From the NCBI GenBank assembly GCA_965238175.1, contig CBDEGZ010000003.1, forward strand, positions 704,001-768,000: a DNA stretch of 64,000 bases. Direction: 5' to 3'. This stretch comes from Gammaproteobacteria bacterium. Its GTDB lineage: Bacteria; Pseudomonadota; Gammaproteobacteria; CAJXQU01. The translations under genes and the position numbers were made by a program. The notes beneath the pieces were generated by a model. It was given only the letters and a program-made list of their open reading frames with translations, was not told where the DNA came from and made no database searches. Below are positions 44,680-55,061 of the stretch, piece by piece; the stretch's first letter is position 1, and every line of letters starts with the position of its first letter.

Positions 44680-45518
44680 TTTGGTCTTCTCCTCTTTTGA
44701 TTGTGTGTATGTCAGTTCAATCATGGCACCTAGATGCCGTTAGGGGGAGGAGACCATCACATCAGGTTATTTATTAAGTGTCTTGAAAATGAAGGAATTA
44801 AATATATTTTTGGTGTTCCGGGTGAAGAGAACCTGGATATGCTAGAGTCATTATAAATGACTCTTCCATTGAGCTTATTCTTACCCGTCATGAGTAACCT
44901 GCAGGTTTTATGGCAGTAACCTTTGGCGTTTCCTTTTTAGGTCTACTAGCTAATCCTAAAAAAAATATTGGACATAGACGAGGCAGTATAAGTGTATAAT
45001 TAGGTCTAGCTATATTAAGAACTTCTGGTCTTCTAGAAACTATAAATCTCATCGGATTATTAGTTACAAACAATTAAAGGCTAATGACTTGTTTTTAATT
45101 CATCTTAAAAAGCTATCAAAGTAAAACCAGTGGAAATGTTTATAGCCTTCTATTTATGATTAGTTCTACGATAAGAACTATCATTTTACTCAGGATTTGA
45201 GTGAAAATGTTAGTTTTTCGAATCATTTTTCTCTTGTAAGTTTCTTTAGGACTAACACTTTTTGGCGCAAGTGCAATTATTTACATAGCGATCCTAAAAT
45301 AGTTGCCGTTAAATGTTACTTAGTCATTTTACTGCTGCACAATTCATTGTTGATATTTTTGCTTTTCCTTGGAGAACTGATTATCCTTACCAAAGATTGG
45401 TAGATGTAGGATTTATAGCTGTGGGTATTGTTATTGTTGGGGGGCTTCAGGCTAACTTATGATTTACTGACATGGTTAAATTGCCCCTTCTCCTGCGTCA
45501 TTATGAGCTTAATTTAGT

Positions 45519-46160
45519 ATGAAAAAAAAAATCGAGGGTAAAGACCTATTCATAGGAATTGCCCATGCTGATAAGTATCAGTCAGGAAATTGGATATCAA
45601 AAAGACTTGTTAATGAATTTATGGAGACAGTTCTTACAACAGTAAAAGAGGCTGGCTCTATAGATGTTCATGAGATTGGATGTGGTGAAGGCCATATCCT
45701 TGGTATCCTTGCGATAAATGATTTTACCATTCGAGGTTGCGATCTATCACGGGAATCACTAGCTGTTGCAGCTACTGAAGCAAGCAAACGCGACTTAAAA
45801 CTCTCACTTAAACATAAGAGTATTTATGATCTGGACCCTGCTGAAGATTCTGCCGATACAGTCATTTGTTGTGAGGTATTAGAACACTTAGAAGATCCGC
45901 AACTCGCCTTAAGAAAACTTATTTCAATAACAAAAAAAGATTTGATCATTAGTGTACCAAGAGAACCTATATGGCATCTATTGAATATGCTACGAGGTAA
46001 ATATTTACATGCACTAGGTAATACACCAGGGCATTTTCAGCATTGGTCTAAAAATATGTTCATTGATTTCGTCAGTCCTCATTGTGAAATTATTGCTGTT
46101 AAAACACCTTTGCCATGGACTTTGATTCATTGTCACCCTAAATCAAATCGGAGAACATGA
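45519..46160 (+). CDS. Class I SAM-dependent methyltransferase
   Basis: EIGCGEG, CCEVLEH, SVPREP, PGHFQHW. Confidence 0.88.
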   Translation: MKKKIEGKDLFIGIAHADKYQSGNWISKRLVNEFMETVLTTVKEAGSIDVHEIGCGEGHILGILAINDFTIRGCDLSRESLAVAATEASKRDLKLSLKHKSIYDLDPAEDSADTVICCEVLEHLEDPQLALRKLISITKKDLIISVPREPIWHLLNMLRGKYLHALGNTPGHFQHWSKNMFIDFVSPHCEIIAVKTPLPWTLIHCHPKSNRRT

Positions 46161-46163
46161 ACA

Positions 46164-47111
46164 ATGACAAACAGGCTGTTAGTTGCAATTCCGTGTCTTA
46201 ATGAAGCTAGCACCATTGAGAAAGTGGTGCAGGATGTACCCCGCACCATCTTAGGTATCGATATAGTGAAGGTACTTGTAGTGGATGATGGTTCGTCCGA
46301 CGAAACAAGTAGTTTGGCTGTTAGTGCAGGTGCTTCAGTCATAAATCATTCTCGTAACGTTGGTGTGGGCAAAGCTTTTCAAACTGCGGTCAACTATGCC
46401 ATCGAAAATAATTTTGACTTGATGATAAATATTGATGGCGATCGCCAGTTCAACCCAAAAGATATACCAAAGCTTGTTACACCTTTACTTGAAAAGCAAG
46501 CGGATATGGTGACAGCATCAAGATTTTTAAATGGTGAAATACCTATTGATATGCCAAAAGTTAAACAGATAGGTAACCGCATGATGTCTTTCCTGATCAG
46601 CAGGATGGTTAGACAAAAGTTTTATGATGTTTCTTGTGGGTTTAGAGGCTACAGCCGTGAAGCTCTACTTCAATTAAATCTACACGGAGCGTTTACCTAT
46701 ACACAAGAAACCTTCTTGGATTTTGCAGTTAAACGCTTAACTATTTTGGAAATTCCAACCCAAGTAGCTTACTTTCAGGATCGAGAATCCAGAGTTGCAG
46801 GAAGTATTTCTAAGTATGCACTCAATACAGCTAAAATTATTTTTCGTGGTTACCGAGATTATTTTCCATTAAGATTTTTTTGGAGTATCGCATTAGGGTT
46901 TTCAATCCCAGCTATGCTATTAGCCCTTATATTTTTTGGACACTATTTTATATCAGGTGTCTTCACAGGTTATTTATTTGCAGGCTTCTTATCTGCATTC
47001 TTATTCCTAATGGCAATGGTATTTTTTGTGTTAGGTGTGGTCACAGAGATGCTAGATCGAATTCGTTCAAATCAAGAACGCATACTCTATAGGCTTAAGA
47101 AACGTGATTGA
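46164..47111 (+). CDS. GT2 polyprenol-phosphate glycosyltransferase (GtrB/DPM1-like)
   Basis: IPCLNE, VVDDGSSD, IDGDRQ, DVSCGFR; two C-terminal TM. Confidence 0.9.
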   Translation: MTNRLLVAIPCLNEASTIEKVVQDVPRTILGIDIVKVLVVDDGSSDETSSLAVSAGASVINHSRNVGVGKAFQTAVNYAIENNFDLMINIDGDRQFNPKDIPKLVTPLLEKQADMVTASRFLNGEIPIDMPKVKQIGNRMMSFLISRMVRQKFYDVSCGFRGYSREALLQLNLHGAFTYTQETFLDFAVKRLTILEIPTQVAYFQDRESRVAGSISKYALNTAKIIFRGYRDYFPLRFFWSIALGFSIPAMLLALIFFGHYFISGVFTGYLFAGFLSAFLFLMAMVFFVLGVVTEMLDRIRSNQERILYRLKKRD

Positions 47112-47168
47112 TTACTCCCTATGGCTATGGTTGATCCTTAATGCAATGCTAGAAAATGTGTAGATAAA

Positions 47169-48041
47169 ATGCTTTGTAAGATATGTCAAAATAATACGAC
47201 AGCATTTTGGCTGACTACCAAGGGTTACAACATCGGGAAATGTTCACATTGCGGGTTTGCACAAGCACTGGATATTCCTTCAGAAACTGAATTAGATGAA
47301 CTCTATGAATTGTTACATGCAAAGCACATTAAATATCGCAGCAGCCAGTCAGCAAAAATAGAAAACAAACGACGTGTTTCTTTTTTGAAAAAACATATCG
47401 CTGAAGGAGCGAAAGTACTAGATGCAGGCTGTGCTAGCGGGGACTTTATGGCGATAGGAGTAGAAGATTTTGAAATGTATGGCTCTGACATCTCTACATC
47501 CGCAATAGAATATGCAAAGAAACGGTTGCCAGAACTAAGTAAACGGTTAAAAGCTCACCGACTAGAAGATGAAAATATAGGTTGGCATGACTTCGATGCC
47601 ATTTGCCTTTGGGATGTGATTGAGCATGTGGCAGATCCCATCAATGTTACCCAATTAATAATGGATCGAGTTAAACCTGGTGGGTATTTATTCATCTCAA
47701 CACCTGACTTTGGTTCGCTTATAGCAAAACTAATGCGATCCAATTGGGCCTTTATGACACCACCCTATCACTTAGGATATTTCACAAAACAGTCATTTAA
47801 AATACTCTTCCAAAACCATTCATCAGGTAAAATTATCCGTTATGAAACCAAAGGCAAAACAGTCGATTTATCTTTTTTAATGTATAAGTTAAATCAAATG
47901 AATAAGTGGTTATCACCTGAGTTTTTATTAAATTGGGTTGTTAAAAGCCGTATGGGACAAGTTAAACTTTATATTCCAACGAATGACATTGCATACCTAG
48001 TTATCCAGAAGCCTTCTGCAATTACTAAGGACAGAAACTAG
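47169..48041 (+). CDS. Zinc-ribbon class I methyltransferase
   Basis: CKIC..CSHC; VLDAGCASG, WDVIEH, STPD. Confidence 0.88.
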   Translation: MLCKICQNNTTAFWLTTKGYNIGKCSHCGFAQALDIPSETELDELYELLHAKHIKYRSSQSAKIENKRRVSFLKKHIAEGAKVLDAGCASGDFMAIGVEDFEMYGSDISTSAIEYAKKRLPELSKRLKAHRLEDENIGWHDFDAICLWDVIEHVADPINVTQLIMDRVKPGGYLFISTPDFGSLIAKLMRSNWAFMTPPYHLGYFTKQSFKILFQNHSSGKIIRYETKGKTVDLSFLMYKLNQMNKWLSPEFLLNWVVKSRMGQVKLYIPTNDIAYLVIQKPSAITKDRN

Positions 48042-48042
48042 T

Positions 48043-50055
48043 ATGTGTGGCATTTTTGGTGTTATCGCGAATCCTGCTTCTAGTGTAGATTCGCACATAC
48101 TAGAGAAAGTAGTGAGAGACGTTTTTAACCTTTCGGAAGTTCGTGGAAAAGATGCTTCTGGTGCCTTGGCAGTTCTTCCAGAACGTATTGAGTTGATAAA
48201 ATCTTCGCAACGAGTAAGTCACCTAGTTAAGCAACCACAATTTGATCAATTAATAATTAATGCTTGTAAGGCATATGAGTCAGAAAACATTTTTGCGATT
48301 GCTGGCCACACTCGCATGGCTACAAATGGGACGGAAGGAAAAGGTTTTAATAACCAGCCAGTCATAAAAGATAACCACTTGATTTTACATAATGGGATTA
48401 TCGTAAATGATGCAAATCTTTGGAGTTTAAACCCTTCTCTCGAAAGGGAATATGAAGTTGACACGGAGATTTTTGGTGCACTTTTAGGTAAAGAGACGGA
48501 ACAAGGACAAGCGTTTTTAGATGCAATGCAAGATGCATTTTTAAATATCAAGGGTGCTAACACCATTGCTGCACTGCCTCTAAACGAAAATCAAATGATG
48601 ATTGCAACTTCAAATGGTTCTATGTACTTCTGGCAAGCTAAGGATGAAAGTGTAATAGTGTTTGCCTCGGAAGAATTGATTGTTGAGCATACAGCTAAAC
48701 GATTAAAACTAACAAGTGACAGGAGCCAAGTACAACAATTAAAACCTGGGCAAGCATTAGTAATAGATTTAATAAGTTCGAAACTTGAAACTTTTTATCT
48801 TTCAGGTGAAAAAATTAACCTGCCTGAGAGGAAAATAAAAAAACGTCATTTAATAAGTATTCCATTCGAAAACACCCATAAAAATAACATACCTACCTTC
48901 TCTAATGAGTTGAAAGATATTGAACGATTGATGCAAATAGATCGAGACGCTATAGATAATATTAAGCGTTGTACCCACTGTTTATTGCCACAAACCTTTC
49001 CGTTTATTCGTTTTGATGATAAGGGTTTTTGCCAACTTTGTCGACAGCATCAATCACTTTCGTTAAAAGGAACGAGTGCTTTAAAAACATTAGCAAATCA
49101 AGCACGCAAAAATAATGGTCATCCTGACTGTCTCGTTCCTATCAGCGGAGGCCGCGATAGTTGTTATGGTTTGCACTACATCAAAAAAGAGTTGGAGCTA
49201 AATCCAGTAGCTTATACCTATGACTGGGGATTCGTAACCAATTTAGCTCGACGTAATATTTCACGAATGTGCGGAGAGCTAGGTATTGAGCACGTACTTA
49301 TCGCTGCTGATATCCGACAAAAACGAGAAAATGTGCGGAAAAACGTCACGACCTGGCTAAGAAATCCCGCTCTTGGAATGATCCCTTTATTTATGGCTGG
49401 CGACAAAATGTTTTTTTATTATGCAAGCATGATCCGCCATCAGATGGATTTGGGGCCAATTTTATTTAGTATGAATTGGCTGGAAAAAACAGGCTTTAAA
49501 ACAGGTTTCGCAAATGTTGATGACCTTCAAAATACTGATGCAGGTGTTGAAGGTAAAACATATGCCATGGGCTTATGGAATAAGACTAAGCTTATTTCAT
49601 ACTATGGGCAAGAATTTTTAAAAAATCCGAAGTATTTGAATAAGAGTATCCCTGATACGTTACAAGCTTTTTTTTCGTACTATGTGCAACGTAAGGATTA
49701 CGATTCCATCTTTGACTACTTACCCTGGGATGAACGATCTATTGAACACACTATAATAGATGGCTATGACTGGGAAACTTCACCAGATACAGTTTCAACA
49801 TGGAGGATTGGGGATGGTACAGCACCTTTTTACAATTACATATATCTTAAAGTTGCGGGATTTAGTGAGCACGATACTTTTAGAAGTAACCAAATCCGTG
49901 AAGGTATGATTACTCGTAAAGAGGCTCTTTCTCTACTTGAGGAAGAAAATCAACCACGCGTGGAATCCTTCAAATGGTACTGTGATACAGTAGGTATAGA
50001 TGCTATTGAATCATTGAAAATCATCAATAAAATTCCAAAGCTCTATTCTTGCTAA
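48043..50055 (+). CDS. Class II glutamine amidotransferase fused to an N-acetyl-sugar amidotransferase-like ATP pyrophosphatase
   Basis: MCGIFG, GHTRMAT, HNGII, DTE; RCTHCLLP..CQLC; ISGGRDS PP-loop. Confidence 0.85.
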   Translation: MCGIFGVIANPASSVDSHILEKVVRDVFNLSEVRGKDASGALAVLPERIELIKSSQRVSHLVKQPQFDQLIINACKAYESENIFAIAGHTRMATNGTEGKGFNNQPVIKDNHLILHNGIIVNDANLWSLNPSLEREYEVDTEIFGALLGKETEQGQAFLDAMQDAFLNIKGANTIAALPLNENQMMIATSNGSMYFWQAKDESVIVFASEELIVEHTAKRLKLTSDRSQVQQLKPGQALVIDLISSKLETFYLSGEKINLPERKIKKRHLISIPFENTHKNNIPTFSNELKDIERLMQIDRDAIDNIKRCTHCLLPQTFPFIRFDDKGFCQLCRQHQSLSLKGTSALKTLANQARKNNGHPDCLVPISGGRDSCYGLHYIKKELELNPVAYTYDWGFVTNLARRNISRMCGELGIEHVLIAADIRQKRENVRKNVTTWLRNPALGMIPLFMAGDKMFFYYASMIRHQMDLGPILFSMNWLEKTGFKTGFANVDDLQNTDAGVEGKTYAMGLWNKTKLISYYGQEFLKNPKYLNKSIPDTLQAFFSYYVQRKDYDSIFDYLPWDERSIEHTIIDGYDWETSPDTVSTWRIGDGTAPFYNYIYLKVAGFSEHDTFRSNQIREGMITRKEALSLLEEENQPRVESFKWYCDTVGIDAIESLKIINKIPKLYSC

Positions 50056-50071
50056 TTTCTACTTCCTTGTT

Positions 50072-50488
50072 ATGCGACTAGCTTTACTCTTAAAACCAGT
50101 TCAATGGCGAGAATTGTTAAAGTATTTGTCTATCAGTATCTTAGTTTACATATACATCATGATTGCGATGTATACGTTAGTAGATTATTGGCAGCAAGAT
50201 CCCGTTCTCTCGTTTATGGTTGTATATTTGGCCGCTTATATTATGGAATATATTCTTACTTTACGTTTTGTTTTCAAAAGAACTCATCAATGGAAAAAAG
50301 TTTTTAAATACGTTATCTATATCGTCATTTTCTTGTGTTTGAGTACTATGCTTTACAAATTATTACTTTATATAGACATTCATTATTTACTGGCGACCAT
50401 ACTAACTGCAATTACTTTAATGCCGGTTCGTTTTGTAGTTAATAAGTATTGGGTTTACCATGAAAAATGTGACTTGGAATGGCCATGA
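50072..50488 (+). CDS. GtrA family flippase-like protein
   Basis: 4 TM; YILTLRFVF, FVVNKYWVY. Confidence 0.75.
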   Translation: MRLALLLKPVQWRELLKYLSISILVYIYIMIAMYTLVDYWQQDPVLSFMVVYLAAYIMEYILTLRFVFKRTHQWKKVFKYVIYIVIFLCLSTMLYKLLLYIDIHYLLATILTAITLMPVRFVVNKYWVYHEKCDLEWP

Positions 50489-50762
50489 TAAAAATAGTAG
50501 TATTCTGCACTTTTAGCATTAAGTTTAGAAAGCACTTAACCTAAAATAAGTTTTAAAAAGTTATAAGATCCGAAAGGGACATCTTCGTAATTTAACTAAT
50601 TAATATACAACGATTACAAATAAAAATTATGCTCTGGAGTCAATAAAATAGTAGTTATTATCTGATTTTAAATATTATCGGATAACGTAAATATTTTCTA
50701 AAAGTTATGACAACATCATTGCAATAAGAACTATATGTGTTCAAGCTAACTATATACGTATC

Positions 50763-52832
50763 ATGTTTTTTCTCAAAAAATTAACCCACTCTCAAGCATT
50801 CGCAGAAAGCCTTGCTGCTTGGATCACATTTTTCATAACTGTACTGTTTTTTATTTGGACAGTAATCCATCATTTATCGACATTTGTTGATATCAAGTGG
50901 AATACTGTGGTTTTCTATACTACTTTAGGTTTGCCTCTTATAATTTTCTTAGCTGTCTGGATCGCGTTAAATTTTACTAAGGCATATCTAAAAGAGATAT
51001 CCTTTTCTACAGATCCCGTTAAACATAAAAATCCTGTATCTAGCATTTCAATCACTCTCGTGCTTTCTTTCTTTCTTGTTCTCCTATTTTCACTTCCCAA
51101 TTATTCTTTAAGATTTATTTTCGCCTGTTTATTTTTTTTAATTTTGATCTATTGGTCTAAATACCACAGTGATAATTTCTTATTAAAAGTTTCCATCGAC
51201 AAGGAAATATTACCGGCCAGTAATAGAACCATTCTGTTGACGATTTTCCTACTAATCATTATTGCAGAAGTGGTAACTTTGCTTACAAATCGGTCAGATT
51301 TTGACGATGCAGAATATATACAGACAGCTTTACAGACCTTGTTATACCCAGATAGAGCGATATTATCTTTTGATGCATCTCTAGGGATTATTCTTGATTC
51401 CTTTCGTTTCGCGCCGTATCGAATTGCGTCATACGAGACTCTTGTTGCACTTATAACAAGCTGGACAGAATTCGATCTATTAACTGTCTATTATCTAATA
51501 TTGCCCGCATTTTCTGCAGTAATAACAGTACTTGTAGGGTATTTATTTGCTCGTTGGTTCTTACCTTCAAGACTAGCTTTAATCGCGACGGGAATATTCT
51601 TGTTGATTATGCTTTCTTGGGGAGATACGCACGTTGCCTATGGCAATCGTGTGTTTGTTAGATTGTTTCAAGGAAAAGGCTTACTTATTGCTGTTACTAC
51701 GCCTCTGACCTTGATAACAGGGCTGTTATATATCCGTTCACCTTCAGTCAGTCGCTGGGGGTTTTTAGTAATAACCCAGATTATAACTTTAGGGGTTTCT
51801 TCTACAGGCTTAATTCTGTCATTTGCAACAACGATGTTACTACTCCCAATTGCATTTCAGTGGGGTAATAAAAATTCCGTTTTCTGTTGTATAGGCATCT
51901 TAGTATCTCTTACCTATTCAGTCATCATCGGCGTTTGGCTTAAATTTTCAAGTATTTCATCTCTTTCTATGAATCAAGTAGGTACAGATTTACCTATTAA
52001 TGCTTCATTAGGATTCAGTGTACATGAAGTTATTACTTTGGCACTACTTGTGGCCGGACTCGTTCTAGTACGTTCGGGAATTCGAAAACGAGAATTTTTA
52101 TTTTTATCAACTGGAGTACTTTTTTTTATACTAAATCCTTGGATTGCGGAAATAATAGCAAACTATTCGTCGAGGAATATGAATTGGCGTCTTGCGTGGG
52201 CAGCTCCTATCCCGCTTATGCTTTCCGTAGTTCTTGCAGCAGGCCTTTCGTCATTTTTCACATATAAAAATAATGTCTCAATTTTAAATTGGAGATCAAA
52301 AAAACATTCTGTTGGAATTTTTAGCGTCGTACTATTAGTAGTATTTTTGATCGAAGGGCGCTGGATCATATCTGCTAATAATAATGTATCGTGGGATTGG
52401 TTCTCGATAAAAGCCCCTCAAGAATATTATGCTACAAGAGAAATATCAGAAATATTATCTGATATGGATATTACTGGTACAGTTTTAAGTGTACAACGAA
52501 TCGGTACTTGGTTGACTGTAACAAACCCTGATTTAAAACAAATAATGCCTGGGCACGGTTTTCCTATTTGCTTAAAGACAATACTCACGGAAGCTGTTTA
52601 TGGAGACCGTGTTCAATTGTTAGCTTTGGTGGATATTGAAAATGCTGATTATTCAAACATGTATAGTTTAATAAAGTCACATGACGTTCAAGCAGTTGTG
52701 TTGAATAATGGTCCAATTTCAAAAATATTTCTTTCAGAACTTAGTTCTTTAGAGAGCATTGTTGTTCAAAAGAATGTTGCGATCGGAGACTACCACGCCT
52801 TGAAAATATCATACCCCAAAGGATATGACTAA
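50763..52832 (+). CDS. Multi-TM GT-C-like membrane protein (DUF6077-like)
   Basis: RSDFDDAEY acidic loop, RLFQGKG, WRLAWAAP. Confidence 0.65.
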   Translation: MFFLKKLTHSQAFAESLAAWITFFITVLFFIWTVIHHLSTFVDIKWNTVVFYTTLGLPLIIFLAVWIALNFTKAYLKEISFSTDPVKHKNPVSSISITLVLSFFLVLLFSLPNYSLRFIFACLFFLILIYWSKYHSDNFLLKVSIDKEILPASNRTILLTIFLLIIIAEVVTLLTNRSDFDDAEYIQTALQTLLYPDRAILSFDASLGIILDSFRFAPYRIASYETLVALITSWTEFDLLTVYYLILPAFSAVITVLVGYLFARWFLPSRLALIATGIFLLIMLSWGDTHVAYGNRVFVRLFQGKGLLIAVTTPLTLITGLLYIRSPSVSRWGFLVITQIITLGVSSTGLILSFATTMLLLPIAFQWGNKNSVFCCIGILVSLTYSVIIGVWLKFSSISSLSMNQVGTDLPINASLGFSVHEVITLALLVAGLVLVRSGIRKREFLFLSTGVLFFILNPWIAEIIANYSSRNMNWRLAWAAPIPLMLSVVLAAGLSSFFTYKNNVSILNWRSKKHSVGIFSVVLLVVFLIEGRWIISANNNVSWDWFSIKAPQEYYATREISEILSDMDITGTVLSVQRIGTWLTVTNPDLKQIMPGHGFPICLKTILTEAVYGDRVQLLALVDIENADYSNMYSLIKSHDVQAVVLNNGPISKIFLSELSSLESIVVQKNVAIGDYHALKISYPKGYD

Positions 52833-52904
52833 AGAGATCCATATAGGATCAGACAACAAGCAATACCACTAACTTGAGTAAGTCCGAGGAAAAACCGCTT
52901 ATGT

Positions 52905-53470
52905 ACCAAACAGGAAAGTTCTCTAAGAACAGAAAGTGAAAATTGGCTCTCAATAGAGGCGGTGATCAGCGAAAGCAATATCCGCCGTGATTGGAATAAG
53001 AATACTGGTACACCTAACGCTATTTACCAGTTTGAACTTCAATATATTTATGAAGTCAACAATACAAGCTTTACAGGATCACGCTATTCCTTTCATGGAG
53101 ATTCGTCATTTAAATCAAAATCGATAGTTGATCAATTACTTGTGAAATATCCCGTCGGGAAGAGAATCACGATTTATTACCAGCCAGAAAACCCTCAAGA
53201 ATCTGTCGTATTACGTTAAATAATAACAATTGGCCTATATTATGCTTAAAAACTATAACTTAAAACCTGCTAAGACCCACAACCGGAGAGTAAGATGAAA
53301 GCGAGCGATCTATTTATTAAGTGTCTTGAAAATGAAGGAATTAAATATATTTTTGGTGTTCCGGGTGAAGAGAACTTGGATATGCTGGAGTCATTAAAAG
53401 ACTCTTCCATTGAGCTTATTCTTACCCGTCATGAGCAACCTGCAGGTTTTATGGCCGCAACCATTGGTCG
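52905..53470 (+). repeat. Right direct repeat (5'-truncated DUF3592 copy, intergenic region and ALS start)
   Basis: Matches 41595-42006 at offset 11310, then 44768-44929. Confidence 0.92.
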
Positions 53471-54935
53471 TCTTACTGGAAAACCCGGGGTTTGCCTCTC
53501 TACTTTAGGTCCCGGCGCAACTAACTTCTTTACCTCCGCAGCATATGCCCAATTAGGTGCGATGCCGATGATGATGATCACCGGACAAAAACCAATTCAC
53601 TCTAGTAAACAAGGTCATTTCCAGATCATTGATACCGTCGATATGATGCGACCAATTACCAAATATACTAAGCAAATTGTTCACGGAAACCGAATTCCAA
53701 CGGTTGTCCGAGAAGCTATAAAACAGTCTGAAACCGAACGCCCAGGTGCTGTTCATCTAGAACTACCAGAAGATGTCGCGGCCGAAGAAACACATACCCA
53801 ACCGATGCCTATTCATAAAGTTAGACGTGCTGATGCCAATGAAACTGCTGTGAATATGGCGATAGAAAAAATTGAAAACGCCAAATCTCCATTATTTTTG
53901 ATCGGTGCAGGTGCAAATCGTAAGCTAATCTCAAAACGACTTGCTAAGCTGATCAACAAAACAGGGATCCCTTTCTTCAATACCCAAATGGGTAAAGGCG
54001 TAATAGCTGAAGATCATCCTCTTTTCTTAGGAACAGCTGCACTTTCTGATAATGATTATTTACATTGTGCAATTGATAAGGCCGATTTGATCATTAACGT
54101 TGGTCATGATGTTGTTGAGAAACCACCATTTTTCATGACACACGGTGGAACAGAAGTTATCCATATCAATTTTGTGCCCGCTGAGGTTGATGAAGTGTAT
54201 TTCCCTCAACTTGAAGTAGTTGGTGATATTGCAAATGCACTATGGCAAATTGAAAATCGTATTTCGCGGAAAAAAGATTGGGACTTCACCTACTTTATGA
54301 AAGTGAAAAAAGCAGTCGATGAAAAGATCCGTGAAAATGCAGATTCGGATCAATTCCCTATGATCCCACAACGTTTCGTTGCTGATGTCCGTGCTGCCCT
54401 TGGGCCAGAAGATATTATCGCGCTTGATAATGGTGTCTATAAAGTTTGGTTCGCCAGGAATTACTATGCACTTGCTCCAAATACGATCCTGCTAGATAAC
54501 GCTCTCGCAACAATGGGTGCAGGCCTGCCTTCGGCGATGGCCGCGAAAATGGTCAAACCTGAAAGTACTGTTGTCGCAATCTGTGGTGATGGTGGTTTTA
54601 TGATGAATAGCCAGGAAATTGAAACCTGCGTCAGATTGAAAATGAACATCATTGTTCTGATCCTAAATGACAGTGCCTATGGCATGATCAAATGGAAGCA
54701 AGCTGCGATGGGCTTCCACAATTGGGGACTCGATTTTGGGAATCCTGATTTTGTAAAATATGCCGAGAGCTATGGCGCAAGCGGACACAGAGTTGAATCT
54801 ACTGAATCTTTCTTACCGATGCTAAAAGATTGTGCTGATAAAGGCGGTGTCCATATAATTGACCTTCCTGTTGAGTACTCTGAGAATGCTAAGGTGTTAA
54901 CTGAAGAATTAAAAGAAAAAGCCTGTATTGTTTAA
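53295..54935 (+). CDS. Acetolactate synthase large subunit (TPP-dependent)
   Basis: FGVPGEENL, RHEQ, STLGPGATN, GDGGFMMN. Confidence 0.93.
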   Translation: MKASDLFIKCLENEGIKYIFGVPGEENLDMLESLKDSSIELILTRHEQPAGFMAATIGRLTGKPGVCLSTLGPGATNFFTSAAYAQLGAMPMMMITGQKPIHSSKQGHFQIIDTVDMMRPITKYTKQIVHGNRIPTVVREAIKQSETERPGAVHLELPEDVAAEETHTQPMPIHKVRRADANETAVNMAIEKIENAKSPLFLIGAGANRKLISKRLAKLINKTGIPFFNTQMGKGVIAEDHPLFLGTAALSDNDYLHCAIDKADLIINVGHDVVEKPPFFMTHGGTEVIHINFVPAEVDEVYFPQLEVVGDIANALWQIENRISRKKDWDFTYFMKVKKAVDEKIRENADSDQFPMIPQRFVADVRAALGPEDIIALDNGVYKVWFARNYYALAPNTILLDNALATMGAGLPSAMAAKMVKPESTVVAICGDGGFMMNSQEIETCVRLKMNIIVLILNDSAYGMIKWKQAAMGFHNWGLDFGNPDFVKYAESYGASGHRVESTESFLPMLKDCADKGGVHIIDLPVEYSENAKVLTEELKEKACIV

Positions 54936-54943
54936 TCCAATAT

Positions 54944-54975
54944 AAAAAAGTGGGCACAAGGATGTGCCCAGTATT
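54944..54975. terminator. Hairpin / possible terminator
   Basis: TGGGCACA-AGGA-TGTGCCCA with upstream A-tract. Confidence 0.55.
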
Positions 54976-55061
54976 CTAAACCTTCCTCTGAATATAACCT
55001 TACGTCATAAAGAACTATTATTTTAATCCCTTAATCGAACAAAATTCTATAAAATACCTCC

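Larger units (their letters stand above)
43420..44764 (-). mobile_element. IS110 family, IS1111 subgroup element
   Basis: Subterminal IRs ATGGTCTCCTCCC / GGGAGGAGACCAT located 3 and 7 nt from the ends; no target duplication. Confidence 0.9.
42007..44767. mobile_element. About 183-bp MITE hosting IS481 and IS110 insertions
   Basis: TIR ATCTGAACTCGGGATAAG / CTTATCCCGAGTTCA|GGT; TATTTA direct repeat at 42001-42006 and 44768-44773 (ends +/-1). Confidence 0.8.
41595..44929 (+). repeat. Left direct repeat (41595-42006 plus 44768-44929) containing a decayed acetolactate synthase 5' end
   Basis: Near-identical to 52905-53470; interrupted by nested elements; the ALS copy has an indel and stops. Confidence 0.92.

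Noticed and set aside
44888-45403. 61-aa and 68-aa ORFs at the island edge
   Set aside because: One is antisense to the ALS remnant; the other has a TTG start with no RBS or motif.
52962-53219. Second DUF3592 ORF as an independent gene
   Set aside because: 5'-truncated copy inside the direct repeat that lacks the TM segment.
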